Source: Bdellovibrionota bacterium FG-2 (GTDB taxonomy: Bacteria; Bdellovibrionota; UBA1018). From it: a DNA stretch of 34,569 nt. Below the pieces are notes generated by a model. It saw only the letters and a list, made by a program, of their open reading frames with translations, was not told where the DNA came from and searched no databases. The translations under genes and the position numbers were made by a program. Positions 18,181-28,037 of this stretch are shown in pieces. The stretch lies in contig JBBCAV010000199.1 in assembly GCA_051382305.1 (NCBI GenBank), forward strand, positions 1 to 34,569, read 5' to 3'. Every line of letters begins with the position of its first letter. Within the stretch, counting starts at the first letter, position 1.

Positions 18181-18946
18181 ACTTAGTCAGCTCAGACAAC
18201 AGGGAACCCCTGCTGTTCTCGTTACCGTTTCACAGGTGAGCGGCTCAGCGCCGCGTGAAATCGGCGCAAAAATGATTGTTTTAGAGAGTGGCAAATTCTT
18301 TGGAACCATCGGTGGCGGTCGCCTTGAAGAGTTGGCTTTGCAGGATGCCCAGAAAACCTTTCAAGCAGGAAAAGCGCAGTCGATTCGATATCCGCTAGGC
18401 GCAAAAACAGGGCAATGTTGTGGAGGGGTGGTGGAACTTCTTATGGAAGTCATGAATACAGGACCTTTATTGTATATTTTCGGAGCTGGCCATGTCGGGC
18501 AAGCGGTGTGCCGAACTTTCGTAGGAACACCGTTCCAAATTCACGTCATTGACGAGCGAGAGGAGTGGGTAAATTCTGATCAAATTCCTCCAGAAGTAAT
18601 TCGTCATCATTGTCCTTCGGGCGAATGGGATGATTTTGTTAAGGAAGCCATCTGGGATGACCAACGAGTTTACGTTGCAATCTTGACACACCGACATGAC
18701 CTCGATCAGGAAATTTGTTCAAACCTCCTTAACCATCCGCGACGTTTTCTTGGTATGATCGGTAGTAGTTCAAAATGGAGTCGGATTCAGGAAAGACTGC
18801 TTCAGAAAGGGGCAAAACAATCCGATCTAAACCAAGTGCGATGTCCGATGGGTTTGTCGATTGGCGGCAAGGCCCCGCAGGAGATCGCAATCAGCCTGGC
18901 GGCGGAGGTTTTAAGCATTCACTATGGAACAAATCACAAGCACTGA
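18161..18946 (+). CDS. xdhC: Xanthine dehydrogenase accessory protein
   Basis: GSAPREIGAKM, GTIGGGRLE, GQCCGG, FGAGHVG, GMIGSSSK, PQEIAIS; start placed at MWDWISKL. Confidence 0.92.
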   Translation: MWDWISKLSQLRQQGTPAVLVTVSQVSGSAPREIGAKMIVLESGKFFGTIGGGRLEELALQDAQKTFQAGKAQSIRYPLGAKTGQCCGGVVELLMEVMNTGPLLYIFGAGHVGQAVCRTFVGTPFQIHVIDEREEWVNSDQIPPEVIRHHCPSGEWDDFVKEAIWDDQRVYVAILTHRHDLDQEICSNLLNHPRRFLGMIGSSSKWSRIQERLLQKGAKQSDLNQVRCPMGLSIGGKAPQEIAISLAAEVLSIHYGTNHKH

Positions 18947-19637
18947 AACCGAGAAGCAACAAGAGAGTCGTCGATACGGAATGATCCTTTTAGCGGGCGG
19001 AGCCGGCACCCGAATGGATTGCCCCAAAGGGCTTTTACCCTTTAAAGGTAAACCTTGGGTCTTGGAGCAAATCAATCGCTTCAAGGATGTTGGGGGGCGT
19101 ACAGTTGTGGTTGTGCTTGGAAACAAGAGCTCCAAGTATCTTAAGGATATTCCGGATTTCAAATACGCGCTCGATACGGTGTATGATTATCGCGGAATGA
19201 ATCTTAAGGTCGTCGTGAACAAGAATTTCGAATCGGGTCAGTTTTCCTCGTTGCAGGTAGGAATTCGCGGTCTGTTTGATGGCAAGGACTCAGCATGTTT
19301 TATTTCAACGGTTGATACTCCGTTGGGGGGCCCTGAGGCCTATAGATCTTTAGAAGTTAATATGTCGGAGTTCCCAAACCTTCAGGTTGTAGTGCCTGAA
19401 GTTCAGGGTAAAGGCGGGCATCCCATCTTATTGAGCCGAACATTTGCGCTATCGTTATTGAGTCTTGACCCTTGGGCTGAGACCTCTCGCTTGGACTCGA
19501 TCCTGAGGATGGCGCCCTGGGATCAAGTCAGACGCGTGCCGGTTGGCGATCCTTTGATTACGCTTAATATCAATACTCCAGAGGATTGGCGTTCGTTTGT
19601 TGCGTCTTGTGAGAAGAAGGCGCGACCGTTTTCTTAG
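18924..19637 (+). CDS. MocA/MobA-like nucleotidyltransferase (probably molybdopterin cytidylyltransferase)
   Basis: LLAGGAGTRM..PKGLL, GQFSSLQVG, GGHPILL, NINTPED; last gene of the xdh operon. Confidence 0.8.
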   Translation: MEQITSTETEKQQESRRYGMILLAGGAGTRMDCPKGLLPFKGKPWVLEQINRFKDVGGRTVVVVLGNKSSKYLKDIPDFKYALDTVYDYRGMNLKVVVNKNFESGQFSSLQVGIRGLFDGKDSACFISTVDTPLGGPEAYRSLEVNMSEFPNLQVVVPEVQGKGGHPILLSRTFALSLLSLDPWAETSRLDSILRMAPWDQVRRVPVGDPLITLNINTPEDWRSFVASCEKKARPFS

Positions 19638-22111
19638 TTCGCCACGAAATTTAGAATCTTATCTTTAACGAAGATCACCTTCTTTATCGTCTTGCCCTGT
19701 AACTGATTGGCAACCGTGGGTAGCTCGCGGGCCAACTTTTCAACTGTCGTTTGATCTGAACCGGGCTCGATCTCAACCATGCCGCGTGTTTTTCCCATGA
19801 CTTGAATAGCAAGTTGAATGAGATCGTCTTTGGCAATTGCAGGATCAAACTTAGGCCATGGCTCAAAAGTGAGCTCGGACTTTTCGCCCATGCGATGCCA
19901 GAGTTCTTCGGCCAGATGGGGTGCAAGCGGGTTCAGAAGTTGAACGAATGGCTTCATGCAAGCGCGGGGTTTCACCGTGGCCTTAGTCATATGATTCATG
20001 AACACCATTAAGGTGCTGATTGCGGTATTAAAGCGAAGTGCTTCGATATCTTCGGTGACTTTCTTGATGGTCTTGTGGGTAATTTTAAGGTCTTCAGCCG
20101 AAGGAGCTTCATCACTGAGCGTGAGCTTAATCGCCGCGCTCTCGGTGAAGGGTGCATCGTCTGAATCATCGGTAAATGCCCGCCAGGTGCGTTGCACGAA
20201 GCGGTAGACACCTTCGATTGCTGAAGTTGACCAAGGCTTGTCGCGCTCCAGAGGTCCCATGAACATTTCGTACATGCGAAGGGTGTCCGCCCCGTATTTT
20301 TCGACCACGACATCAGGGTTGATGACGTTGCCGCGGGATTTGGACATTTTTTCGCCGTCTTCGCCCAGGATCATTCCTTGGTGCACAAGGCGCTGAAAGG
20401 GTTCGTCGTGAGTCACAAGGCCCGCATCGTAAAGAACTTTGGTCCAAAATCTTGCGTAGAGCAAATGTCCTACGGCATGCTCGGGCCCTCCGAGATAGAG
20501 ATCCACGGGCAGCCAGTATTTTTCGGCCTCTTTTCCCCAGGGCTCCTTGTCGTTTGTGGGATCACAGTAGCGCAAGAAGTACCAAGACGATCCCGCACTT
20601 CCAGGCATCGTGTCGGTTTCGCGAACCGCGGGTTTTCCAGTCTTTGAATCGACCGTATTGAGCCATTCGGCAATCGCCGCAAGAGGGCTCTCGCCGGTGC
20701 CGGTAGGTTCGTAACTTTTTACGTCCGGAAGAAGAACAGGCAGTTGATCAATCGGCAGGGCTTGGGTGGGTCCATTCTTGTCGCCGAGATGAATAATGGG
20801 GAACGGCTCTCCCCAGTAACGTTGGCGCGAGAAGAGCCAATCGCGCAGTTTGTACTGAATGCTGCTTTTTCCGAATCCATTCTTTTCAGCAAATTCGATC
20901 GTCGCTTGAGTGGCTTTTTCAGTGGTCATCCCAGTGATGAAACCTGAGTTCACAGAGATCCCGTCGCCCGAGAACACTTTTTCGAAGGGGGATTCAGCGG
21001 TATCTGCCGCGTTTGCCGCATCCTTCACCACTTTGCGAATTGGGATCTGAAACGCATGGGCAAATTCCCAGTCACGTTCATCGTGACCCGGAACGGCCAT
21101 AATGGCGCCCGTACCGTATCCCATCATAACGTAATCCGCGATCCAGACCGGGATTTTTTCTCCTGAGAAGGGATTTAGGGCGTCGGCGCCTGTGAATTCT
21201 CCGGTCTTCTTCTTCCCGGCTTCTTCGCTTCTGCGGGCCATCTCAGATTTTTGAGCCGCAAGGGTTTGATAGGATTTCACAGCCGCTTTTTGGCCTGCTG
21301 TCGTGATCTCATCAACCAGAGGATGCTCAGGTGCGAGCACCATAAAAGTGGCGCCGAAAATCGTATCGGGGCGCGTGGTGAATATTTCGATTTCGCTCGT
21401 GTGTCCTTCGATCTTGAAACGCGCTTGAAGGCCTACGCTCTTGCCGATCCAGTGTCGCTGCAGCTCCTTGGTGCCTTCAGGCCAATCCAATTTATCGAGG
21501 TCTTTAAGGAGACGTTCAGCGTAATCCGTGATTTTGAGCATCCATTGTTTCATGGGAACGCGAAAAACGGGGTGTCCGCCGCGCTCAGATTTTCCATCCA
21601 CCACTTCTTCATTGGCTAAAACGGTTTTTAGGACCGGGCACCAATTGACGGGAACTTCTTTTTGGTAGGCTAGGCCACGCTCATAAAGTTTGAGAAAAAT
21701 AAATTGCGTCCATTTGAAATAGTTCGGATCGCAGGTCGCGATCTCGCGCGTCCAATCGTAACTGAAGCCCAGGGACTTAAGCTGCCGCTTGAAAGTTTCC
21801 ATGGCCGCTTTTGTTGTAATCGCCGGATGCACTCCGGTTTGAAGCGCGTATTGCTCGGCAGGGAGTCCAAAGGCGTCCCAACCCATCGGGTGAAGGACGT
21901 TAAAGCCTTTTGCCCGTTTATAACGCGATAAGATGTCAGTTGCCGTATAGCCTTCGGGGTGTCCTACGTGCAGACCTGAACTGCTGGGATAGGGAAACAT
22001 ATCCAGGATGTAGTATTTGGGTTTTGAGCTCTTGTTCTCCGCTTTGAAAACCTGCTTTTCATCCCAAGTTTGCTGCCATTTAGGTTCGATGAGTTTATGG
22101 TTGTAGGACAT
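19634..22111 (-). CDS. leuS: Leucine--tRNA ligase
   Basis: MFPYPS..GLHVGH (HIGH), editing domain FTTRPDT/GTGAIMAVPGHDERD, KMSKS; start placed at MSYNHKLIE (ATG 22111). Confidence 0.98.
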   Translation of the reverse strand: MSYNHKLIEPKWQQTWDEKQVFKAENKSSKPKYYILDMFPYPSSSGLHVGHPEGYTATDILSRYKRAKGFNVLHPMGWDAFGLPAEQYALQTGVHPAITTKAAMETFKRQLKSLGFSYDWTREIATCDPNYFKWTQFIFLKLYERGLAYQKEVPVNWCPVLKTVLANEEVVDGKSERGGHPVFRVPMKQWMLKITDYAERLLKDLDKLDWPEGTKELQRHWIGKSVGLQARFKIEGHTSEIEIFTTRPDTIFGATFMVLAPEHPLVDEITTAGQKAAVKSYQTLAAQKSEMARRSEEAGKKKTGEFTGADALNPFSGEKIPVWIADYVMMGYGTGAIMAVPGHDERDWEFAHAFQIPIRKVVKDAANAADTAESPFEKVFSGDGISVNSGFITGMTTEKATQATIEFAEKNGFGKSSIQYKLRDWLFSRQRYWGEPFPIIHLGDKNGPTQALPIDQLPVLLPDVKSYEPTGTGESPLAAIAEWLNTVDSKTGKPAVRETDTMPGSAGSSWYFLRYCDPTNDKEPWGKEAEKYWLPVDLYLGGPEHAVGHLLYARFWTKVLYDAGLVTHDEPFQRLVHQGMILGEDGEKMSKSRGNVINPDVVVEKYGADTLRMYEMFMGPLERDKPWSTSAIEGVYRFVQRTWRAFTDDSDDAPFTESAAIKLTLSDEAPSAEDLKITHKTIKKVTEDIEALRFNTAISTLMVFMNHMTKATVKPRACMKPFVQLLNPLAPHLAEELWHRMGEKSELTFEPWPKFDPAIAKDDLIQLAIQVMGKTRGMVEIEPGSDQTTVEKLARELPTVANQLQGKTIKKVIFVKDKILNFVAN

Positions 22112-22134
22112 AGGAAATACTTTATATTTGCAAC
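22112..22134. promoter_or_regulatory. Putative bidirectional leaderless promoter (leuS / methyltransferase)
   Basis: Minus TAAAGT-7nt-ATG, plus TATATT-6nt-GTG; overlapping -10 boxes in a 23-nt gap. Confidence 0.55.
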
Positions 22135-22995
22135 GTGGCAAACGCAACGAGTGACACCCATGAGCCTGTGATTTTTGACAACGGCACGACTTCGATGCGC
22201 GATCTTGCCACCGGTGAAGCGATGCATTCACGAATTGGGCCCTGGGCTGAGGCTCAAGCGCTCCATATTGTGCCTTCGGATCTCAGGCGACGCTTGTCGG
22301 AGGGTTCGGTATCGGCGCCGTTGGTTGTTTGGGATGTAGGCTTAGGAATTGCTGCCAATGCTTTGGCGGCGATTCAATGTGCCCGCGAGGTTTCGGGGGG
22401 GGCGGTCGCCGAGGATAAGCAGAGTCGACCCATGACCCTTTTGTCGTTTGAGCGGGATTTGTCGCCGTTGAGGCAAGCGTTGGAGGAAGTTACGCGGTTT
22501 CCATATTTAGCGGAGTTTGAGGGGCCTGTGAGAGAGTTATTGTCATCGCGCGAGTGGCGATCTTCTGAGGGCGGATGTGAAATCAATTGGCGGCTTCTTG
22601 AGGGCGACTTCTTTTCATTGGGGTTAGAAGGCTTACCAAAGCCCGACATTATTTTTTACGACTTTTATTCACCGAAGACTGCGCCCCATCTTTGGACGTA
22701 CAAGGGGTTTGAACGATTGTTTAGACTATGTGCTCCGGGCGCGACGTTGTGCACGTATAGTGCAGCGACTTGGGTGCGCTCCGCGCTCTTGCTTGCGGGT
22801 TTCCATGTTGGCTATGGGCCGATGACTGATGCGAAGATGGAGTCGACAGTTGCGTCGCTTTCGCGGCAGAACTTAGCGCGGCCTTTGGATCAGCGATGGC
22901 TGGATCGCCTGGGTCGTTCGGGGAGGCCGTTGCCTGAAGATTGGGATGGAGAGGATGGTTTAAAAAGGATCACAGAAATTCTGCGCCCCTTTTGA
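22135..22995 (+). CDS. Stand-alone MnmC-type (MnmD-like) SAM-dependent tRNA methyltransferase domain
   Basis: GEAMHS..GPWAEA, WDVGLGIAAN, FYDFYSPKTAPHLWT, CTYSAATWVRSALLLAGF; no FAD oxidase domain. Confidence 0.75.
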   Translation: MANATSDTHEPVIFDNGTTSMRDLATGEAMHSRIGPWAEAQALHIVPSDLRRRLSEGSVSAPLVVWDVGLGIAANALAAIQCAREVSGGAVAEDKQSRPMTLLSFERDLSPLRQALEEVTRFPYLAEFEGPVRELLSSREWRSSEGGCEINWRLLEGDFFSLGLEGLPKPDIIFYDFYSPKTAPHLWTYKGFERLFRLCAPGATLCTYSAATWVRSALLLAGFHVGYGPMTDAKMESTVASLSRQNLARPLDQRWLDRLGRSGRPLPEDWDGEDGLKRITEILRPF

Positions 22996-23074
22996 TGTTG
23001 GGCGCGTTAAGGGGGTGTTGAGGCAGTTACAATAATAGTGGTCATATCACCAATATGTTTGGTATACTCAGGTT

Positions 23075-23404
23075 ATGATCGAAACTGTCGTCGGAAATAG
23101 GACCGCCGAAAAAGTTCTTCTCTACTTAGAAAATTACAATGAGGGCTATGCAAAGGGGATCGCTGACGTATTTGGAGTTGCTCTTTTCTCCGTACAAAAA
23201 CAGCTCCTAAGATTCGAGGCGGGAGGCATCCTAGTCAGCCAACTGAAAGGTAAGACTCGCATGTTCTACTGGAACCCTAGATATCCGCTAAAGAGCGAGC
23301 TTCGGACATTCTTAAAACGAGCGATCGAATTATTACCGGATACTGAGAAGAAAAAATATTTTACCGGCCGACGTCGCCCTCGCAGGACAGGTAAGTCCTT
23401 GTGA
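23075..23404 (+). CDS. Winged helix-turn-helix protein
   Basis: IADVFGVALFSVQKQLLRFEAGGILVS..GKTRMF.WNPRYP, basic tail RRRPRRTGK; TATACT-6nt-ATG; imperfect inverted repeat ATAGTGGT-N6-ACCAATAT at 23035-23056. Confidence 0.85.
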   Translation: MIETVVGNRTAEKVLLYLENYNEGYAKGIADVFGVALFSVQKQLLRFEAGGILVSQLKGKTRMFYWNPRYPLKSELRTFLKRAIELLPDTEKKKYFTGRRRPRRTGKSL

Positions 23405-23547
23405 AACATAGAATTGGCAAGGACTCCACAATAGAGGAGATTGCCGCCGACTTTCATTGGAACGACAGACAGTGCCTCAATCAGGCGGAGCTGAAGTTCC
23501 TGAAGTTACTTCAGCTCAAAGAGGCTATTCATAAAAACAATGACTAG
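23401..23547 (+). pseudogene. Deletion remnant of the wHTH partner gene (probable nucleotidyltransferase-like protein)
   Basis: GTGA overlap with the wHTH stop; reads VKHRIGKDSTIEEIAA|DFHWNDRQCLNQA. From recall, EEIAA and HWNDRQ-L-QA are normally far apart in the partner family. Confidence 0.5.
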
Positions 23548-23658
23548 AGTTGTGCGCAAAGCAGTCAAACAAACTGCATTTGCCATTGAAATCCCCTTAG
23601 CCTTGCTTCAATCTTTGGTAAACACTGAAATCAAGATCTTCGGAAAGAGAGCCCCCAA

Positions 23659-24960
23659 ATGACTTTAAGCCATCTGAAAGCGTGTGTAGTTGCCCTTCTT
23701 ATATCCCTTGCCGGATTTGCGATCATCGCGGACGCGAATCAGGAGAAAAAATCCGAGGCGGTAATTTCTTTAAGCAGCGGAAGTCACTTCACCATTCCCA
23801 CTGCCTTGTTCATGATTGGTTCCATGACAAAATCTCTTACGACCCTCATGATGGCCAAGTTGGTTGATCAGAATAAGATGAAATGGACGACACCGGTTCA
23901 GAGTTTATAAGGGGTTTCGTCTTGCAGATCCAGAGATTACTTCAAAATTAGAAATGGTTCATACCGCCTGTGCTTGCACAGGAATGCCAAGACGAGATTT
24001 AGAATTTATCTTCAAATATCAGGGAGTCACCCCTGAGCAAAGAATGAAGCAAATGGAAGCGATGAAACCCACGACTGGGTTTGGAGAGACGTTTCAATAT
24101 TCAAATCTCTTGGTGTCAGCAGGTGGGTATGCTGCCGCGCGCGCATTCACAAAGAAGGGAAACTTAGAGGACTCCTATTCGAATGCGATGAAACAACTCG
24201 TATTCGAACCTCTTGAGATGAGAAATACCTTTTTGAAGTCCTCTGAAGCCTTAGCGAAGGATGCGGCCTATCCTAATTCGAGGGACGTTGATGATCAGAT
24301 TAAAGAGATTCCAGTCAATGTGGAGGGTGCGGTCTATAGCGTCGCCCCTGCCGGAGCCGTGTGGTCGAACACGGATGATATCGAAAAATATATTATCATG
24401 GAACTGAAGCAAGGGGTGGGGCCTCGCGGTCAGGCGATCATTGGCAAAGCTGCTCTCCTTAAAAGACGCAAAAAATGGGTCAAAAGCGGTGAGAAATCCT
24501 ATTACGGACTTGGCCTAATGATAGCCGATGATGAGGGGCTGAACATCATTGGTCATGGCGGGAACACCTTGGGCTTCTCGTCTGACATGTTCTTTATGCC
24601 CGAAAAGGAGTTGGGTGTAGTGATTCTGACCAATGCGGCTAGCACTAATGCTTTTATGGAGGCGGTGAAACGTAAAATCATTGAACTTGAATTTGGGGCT
24701 GAGCCCCGGGCCGAAAAAGCAGTTCAGTTCTCTGCGGATCGCCAAAAAGAGGCGCATAAGTTAATGCAGGCGAGAACGAGTGTGGCCCCGGATAAAACAA
24801 AGTGGATTGAAAAGTTAGTGGGAGATTATTCGAACCCCGATCTGGGAAGTGCGAAGCTTTCTAAAGTGGGTGATCAGTACGAGATGACTTTTAGTGACTG
24901 GAAAAGTCAGGTCGGATCTTACGAGGAAAAATCAGGGGACCACCTTTTGGCTCTTGTCGC
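23659..24960 (+). pseudogene. Serine hydrolase (class C beta-lactamase-like) pseudogene
   Basis: Signal peptide, SMTK (SxxK, 23821), FQYSN, GHGG. Frameshift near 23905 (SL* vs YKGFRLADP); apparent deletion before FMIGS; 3' end lost, so the ORF reads on antisense over the GNAT gene. End coordinate approximate. Confidence 0.75.
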
Positions 24961-25043
24961 GATACAGGTGTTTCGTCTAAAACCATCGCATAATCAAATA
25001 ACTCGAGCTCTCGGGGTCCTTTTTGTAACTGATTTGTTGGGCG

Positions 25044-25631
25044 TCACAAGCCGCGCCCGGCTGCCAGTCGAAGTACTCGAACGTGTGGCGAAGAGTCCCA
25101 CTCCTCTCTCAGTATTCCGAAGGAAAGAGCGTCGTAGTATTCATTCTTCACAATTCTGGCTTTTCTTATCCGGGCCTCTTCTTTGTAACCTAGCTTATCA
25201 GCAAGCCGAATCATGCCATGGTTTCCTGACCACGTTTCCAGACCTAGGCGCACAATCTCGGGATGAGCATCAAACAGATATTGAGTCCATAAGCTGAGCG
25301 CTTCTCGCCCAATACCTTTGCCCCACAAGGAGTCGTCGAAAATATCAATACCCACACAAAGCCAGAAAGTTTCCTTGGATTTCCAATAGGTGTTTACTTC
25401 GCCGATCAGTAAATCGGTGGAGATATCAGAAATAACCATACGAGTGCGAGGTGATGGAAAGATCCCAGCTTCTACCAGCTGCTTTTGTTCTTCGAGTCTC
25501 TTGGGATTCGCGGGGTAGTACGGCCCATCCCAGTTCCGCCAAGCCTGGCCGGGTTGAAGCCATTTCGAATAGGTCTCCAAATCTTGCTTCTCGAAATCTC
25601 TAAGCCTTATGCGCTTTCCAGATATTTTCAT
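25044..25631 (-). CDS. GNAT acetyltransferase (RimJ/RimL-like)
   Basis: IRLRD, GIDIFD..WGKGIG, TWSGNHGMIRLADKLGY.EE, GILREEW; start placed at MKISGK (alternative 25676). Confidence 0.88.
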   Translation of the reverse strand: MKISGKRIRLRDFEKQDLETYSKWLQPGQAWRNWDGPYYPANPKRLEEQKQLVEAGIFPSPRTRMVISDISTDLLIGEVNTYWKSKETFWLCVGIDIFDDSLWGKGIGREALSLWTQYLFDAHPEIVRLGLETWSGNHGMIRLADKLGYKEEARIRKARIVKNEYYDALSFGILREEWDSSPHVRVLRLAAGRGL

Positions 25632-25691
25632 TGGATCAACTATGGCAAAAACAACAGGGGGGGCCAAATTTTCCATACTATAGAAAAACCA

Positions 25692-28037
25692 CTACCCCTT
25701 CCGATTCCCCACATACTCCATCACGGATTTCAACTGCGACTTTCCATCAAGGCCAGCCTCTTGAAACACCATGGCACCCTGACCGCTGCCTAAGAAGTGG
25801 CCAAGGTTAAAGGGATGCAAGGTTCTGCGACGGCCATCTGATGATGTGATCCAGCGATACATCGTCGACAAAGTAAACTCCGTAATCCCCATCGCTTCAT
25901 GCGCAAGGTTTTCCGGAAAAATTCGCTCTTGCTCATCAGGCGATAAAAGGTCAAAAAGTTCCGCACTTGCGACATAAAATACATTAAGCGCCAGACCCTT
26001 TGCATCAAGAGCGGGCAACACTTCCGTCACAAACGAAGTTGCAACGCCGTTGCCGTGGAGCACGATGGTCCCTGCTGAGGCGCTCTGAACTCGTCTCAAA
26101 GCATAAACGCCAGTCACGCAATCACTTGCGGGCGCCAGTTTGTACTTCGCGCGATCAATCACAGGTTCACTTGGGCGAGTGACAAACGGAGCAATCACTG
26201 CAGGACGTTTTTTTAGCGCTGTCACGACCAGCGGCCACATTTCGTTGGCACACCAAGGTGTGAGCGTAATCATCGAACCGCGTGGAAAATTTTCCTGCAA
26301 CAACTGCAGCGCTTGCGGATCGGCGTGTGTTGGGCCATCTTCACCCGTTTTTGGGCCGGCATGAGCGCAGACAATAAAAAATGGATTCTGCTCGGAACTA
26401 CCCAGTTCGGCCTTCGCTCGCTGTCCAATTGCATGCAGCCGAGCAGGCACATGCTGAAGAGCGGCGATAAAAGCGCCGTACGAAGAACCCACGCCGATGT
26501 GGTTTCCAAAAGATGCCAAGCCCGCCATAACTCCGCCCATGGCGTCTTCACAAATTCCGCCGGTGGGCAAGAGGCGCGAGAGAGGATTTGAAACGGCATT
26601 GTAAAAACCAGGTGGAAAGTCCTTGGCCAGGCCGCTCAAACTCGTTGAATCAAATAAATCAGCCGCAGATCCGATGATGGCGCCCTTGGTTTTCTTGTTC
26701 AGCACACTGAGGACGTCGCCGAGCGCGCCCCTGAGGGTGACCGATTTTCCAGCTTCAAACAAAACCTCAGCAGGTGGGCTCTCTGCCTTGATGGTATCGT
26801 CATTAAGGCCTTGGTAAAGAGTCTCAAGTTCAGGAACGTCTGCTCTCTTGGGTTTAGTTTTTGCCTTCAAACGCGTTTGCGCTTGAGCCATTTCAGTACT
26901 CAACACCTCGGCGATCGCGCGATTTGATTCAATCGCTTTTCGCAAGACCAAGAGACAATCAAAGAAGAGTTGCTCAATTTTCTCAGGCGATTTATCGCCG
27001 TCAAACTTGGGAAAGTTCAGACCAAAGGATTTTTCAAATTCAGACAAAGCGGTATAGAAGCCGTCAGAACAAAAGGCGTGCCCGGCACCATGAGAGGTGC
27101 GACCCTCGATCCCATACTTCCAACCCTTCACTGTGCGATAGACGATGGCCGTAGGCTGTGAATTTCCAATTTCCGAAGCGAATTTCTGCGCCGCTAAGAT
27201 TTGTCCAAAATCAAAGCCATTTGAAACCGTAATTACATTCCAGTCATTAACGTAGCAAACCTCTGCCGGACTCCACTGCACATAATCGCCTGCATTTTGT
27301 CCCTCCCGGCAAACACGGTTTGAGTCAATCGAAGCTTGGTTCCAATCTACGTGAAGCACCAGGTTAGAAAGCTGAGCGGTCGCGGCAGTCGCAAGAGACT
27401 CTTGCACGCGGCCCGGTGTCATTCCCCCTTCGCCCTCGAGAACATGTAGGCGAGGAGAGTTTACGATTCCGTAGGTGTCGGCCATCCCCATTGCCAACCC
27501 AAAGGAGGCGGCTACGCCAACCCCGGAAGCACCAGTGGCCAGTCTCACAAAGGGTGTCGCAGGCGTAGGGTGACCATCCAGCGCTTTGGCGTGAAACTCT
27601 TTGAAAAGGGGCGTTGCAGAGGTTGGGTTTCTACGAAAACCGAGCAAATCCTCTAAGCGAAGCTGAAACTTCTCCGTGGGTAGCATTGAGGGTTTCGCAA
27701 CTCGGATCATTTCGTTGCGTAAAGCCCATGCCGCATACAACCCCATGGCCTTGTGCCCGGCTGCGTAGGAGATCGTGTCCATATCGAGGCGATTGGGCGT
27801 AGAAAAATCATAGTCCATCGAATGAAACATGAGTGACTGAACAATGCGACCAGAGGAAATGCTTCCTCCTGGATGTCCAGACTGCGGCACAAAATTAAAA
27901 AGGATCGCACACATCGTGCGGTACATGAGATCCGCGCGCTCGAGCGCATCCAGGAGTTTCGCGTCAAGGCGCCTGGGCTTCTGCACCATGATGTCGGTGA
28001 TGTCAAAATGCTTTGCACGCCTAGGTTGGAGTTTCAT
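25692..28037 (-). CDS. Single-chain transketolase-like ThDP enzyme (atypical)
   Basis: SGHPGGS, AGH, LDGHP, EGEG...VDWN, TVKG, HG, GICE, HAG..GEDGPTH; 781 aa; ATGA-coupled to the aminotransferase. Confidence 0.85.
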   Translation of the reverse strand: MKLQPRRAKHFDITDIMVQKPRRLDAKLLDALERADLMYRTMCAILFNFVPQSGHPGGSISSGRIVQSLMFHSMDYDFSTPNRLDMDTISYAAGHKAMGLYAAWALRNEMIRVAKPSMLPTEKFQLRLEDLLGFRRNPTSATPLFKEFHAKALDGHPTPATPFVRLATGASGVGVAASFGLAMGMADTYGIVNSPRLHVLEGEGGMTPGRVQESLATAATAQLSNLVLHVDWNQASIDSNRVCREGQNAGDYVQWSPAEVCYVNDWNVITVSNGFDFGQILAAQKFASEIGNSQPTAIVYRTVKGWKYGIEGRTSHGAGHAFCSDGFYTALSEFEKSFGLNFPKFDGDKSPEKIEQLFFDCLLVLRKAIESNRAIAEVLSTEMAQAQTRLKAKTKPKRADVPELETLYQGLNDDTIKAESPPAEVLFEAGKSVTLRGALGDVLSVLNKKTKGAIIGSAADLFDSTSLSGLAKDFPPGFYNAVSNPLSRLLPTGGICEDAMGGVMAGLASFGNHIGVGSSYGAFIAALQHVPARLHAIGQRAKAELGSSEQNPFFIVCAHAGPKTGEDGPTHADPQALQLLQENFPRGSMITLTPWCANEMWPLVVTALKKRPAVIAPFVTRPSEPVIDRAKYKLAPASDCVTGVYALRRVQSASAGTIVLHGNGVATSFVTEVLPALDAKGLALNVFYVASAELFDLLSPDEQERIFPENLAHEAMGITEFTLSTMYRWITSSDGRRRTLHPFNLGHFLGSGQGAMVFQEAGLDGKSQLKSVMEYVGNRKG

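Noticed and set aside
23056..23625. TGTTTGGTATACTCA / TCTTTGGTAAACACT as a direct repeat around the wHTH module
   Set aside because: Only 11/15, and explainable as two independent promoter-like sequences.
24961..25297. C-terminal extension of the serine hydrolase as a real overlapping gene
   Set aside because: It is antisense read-through over the GNAT gene after loss of the native 3' end.
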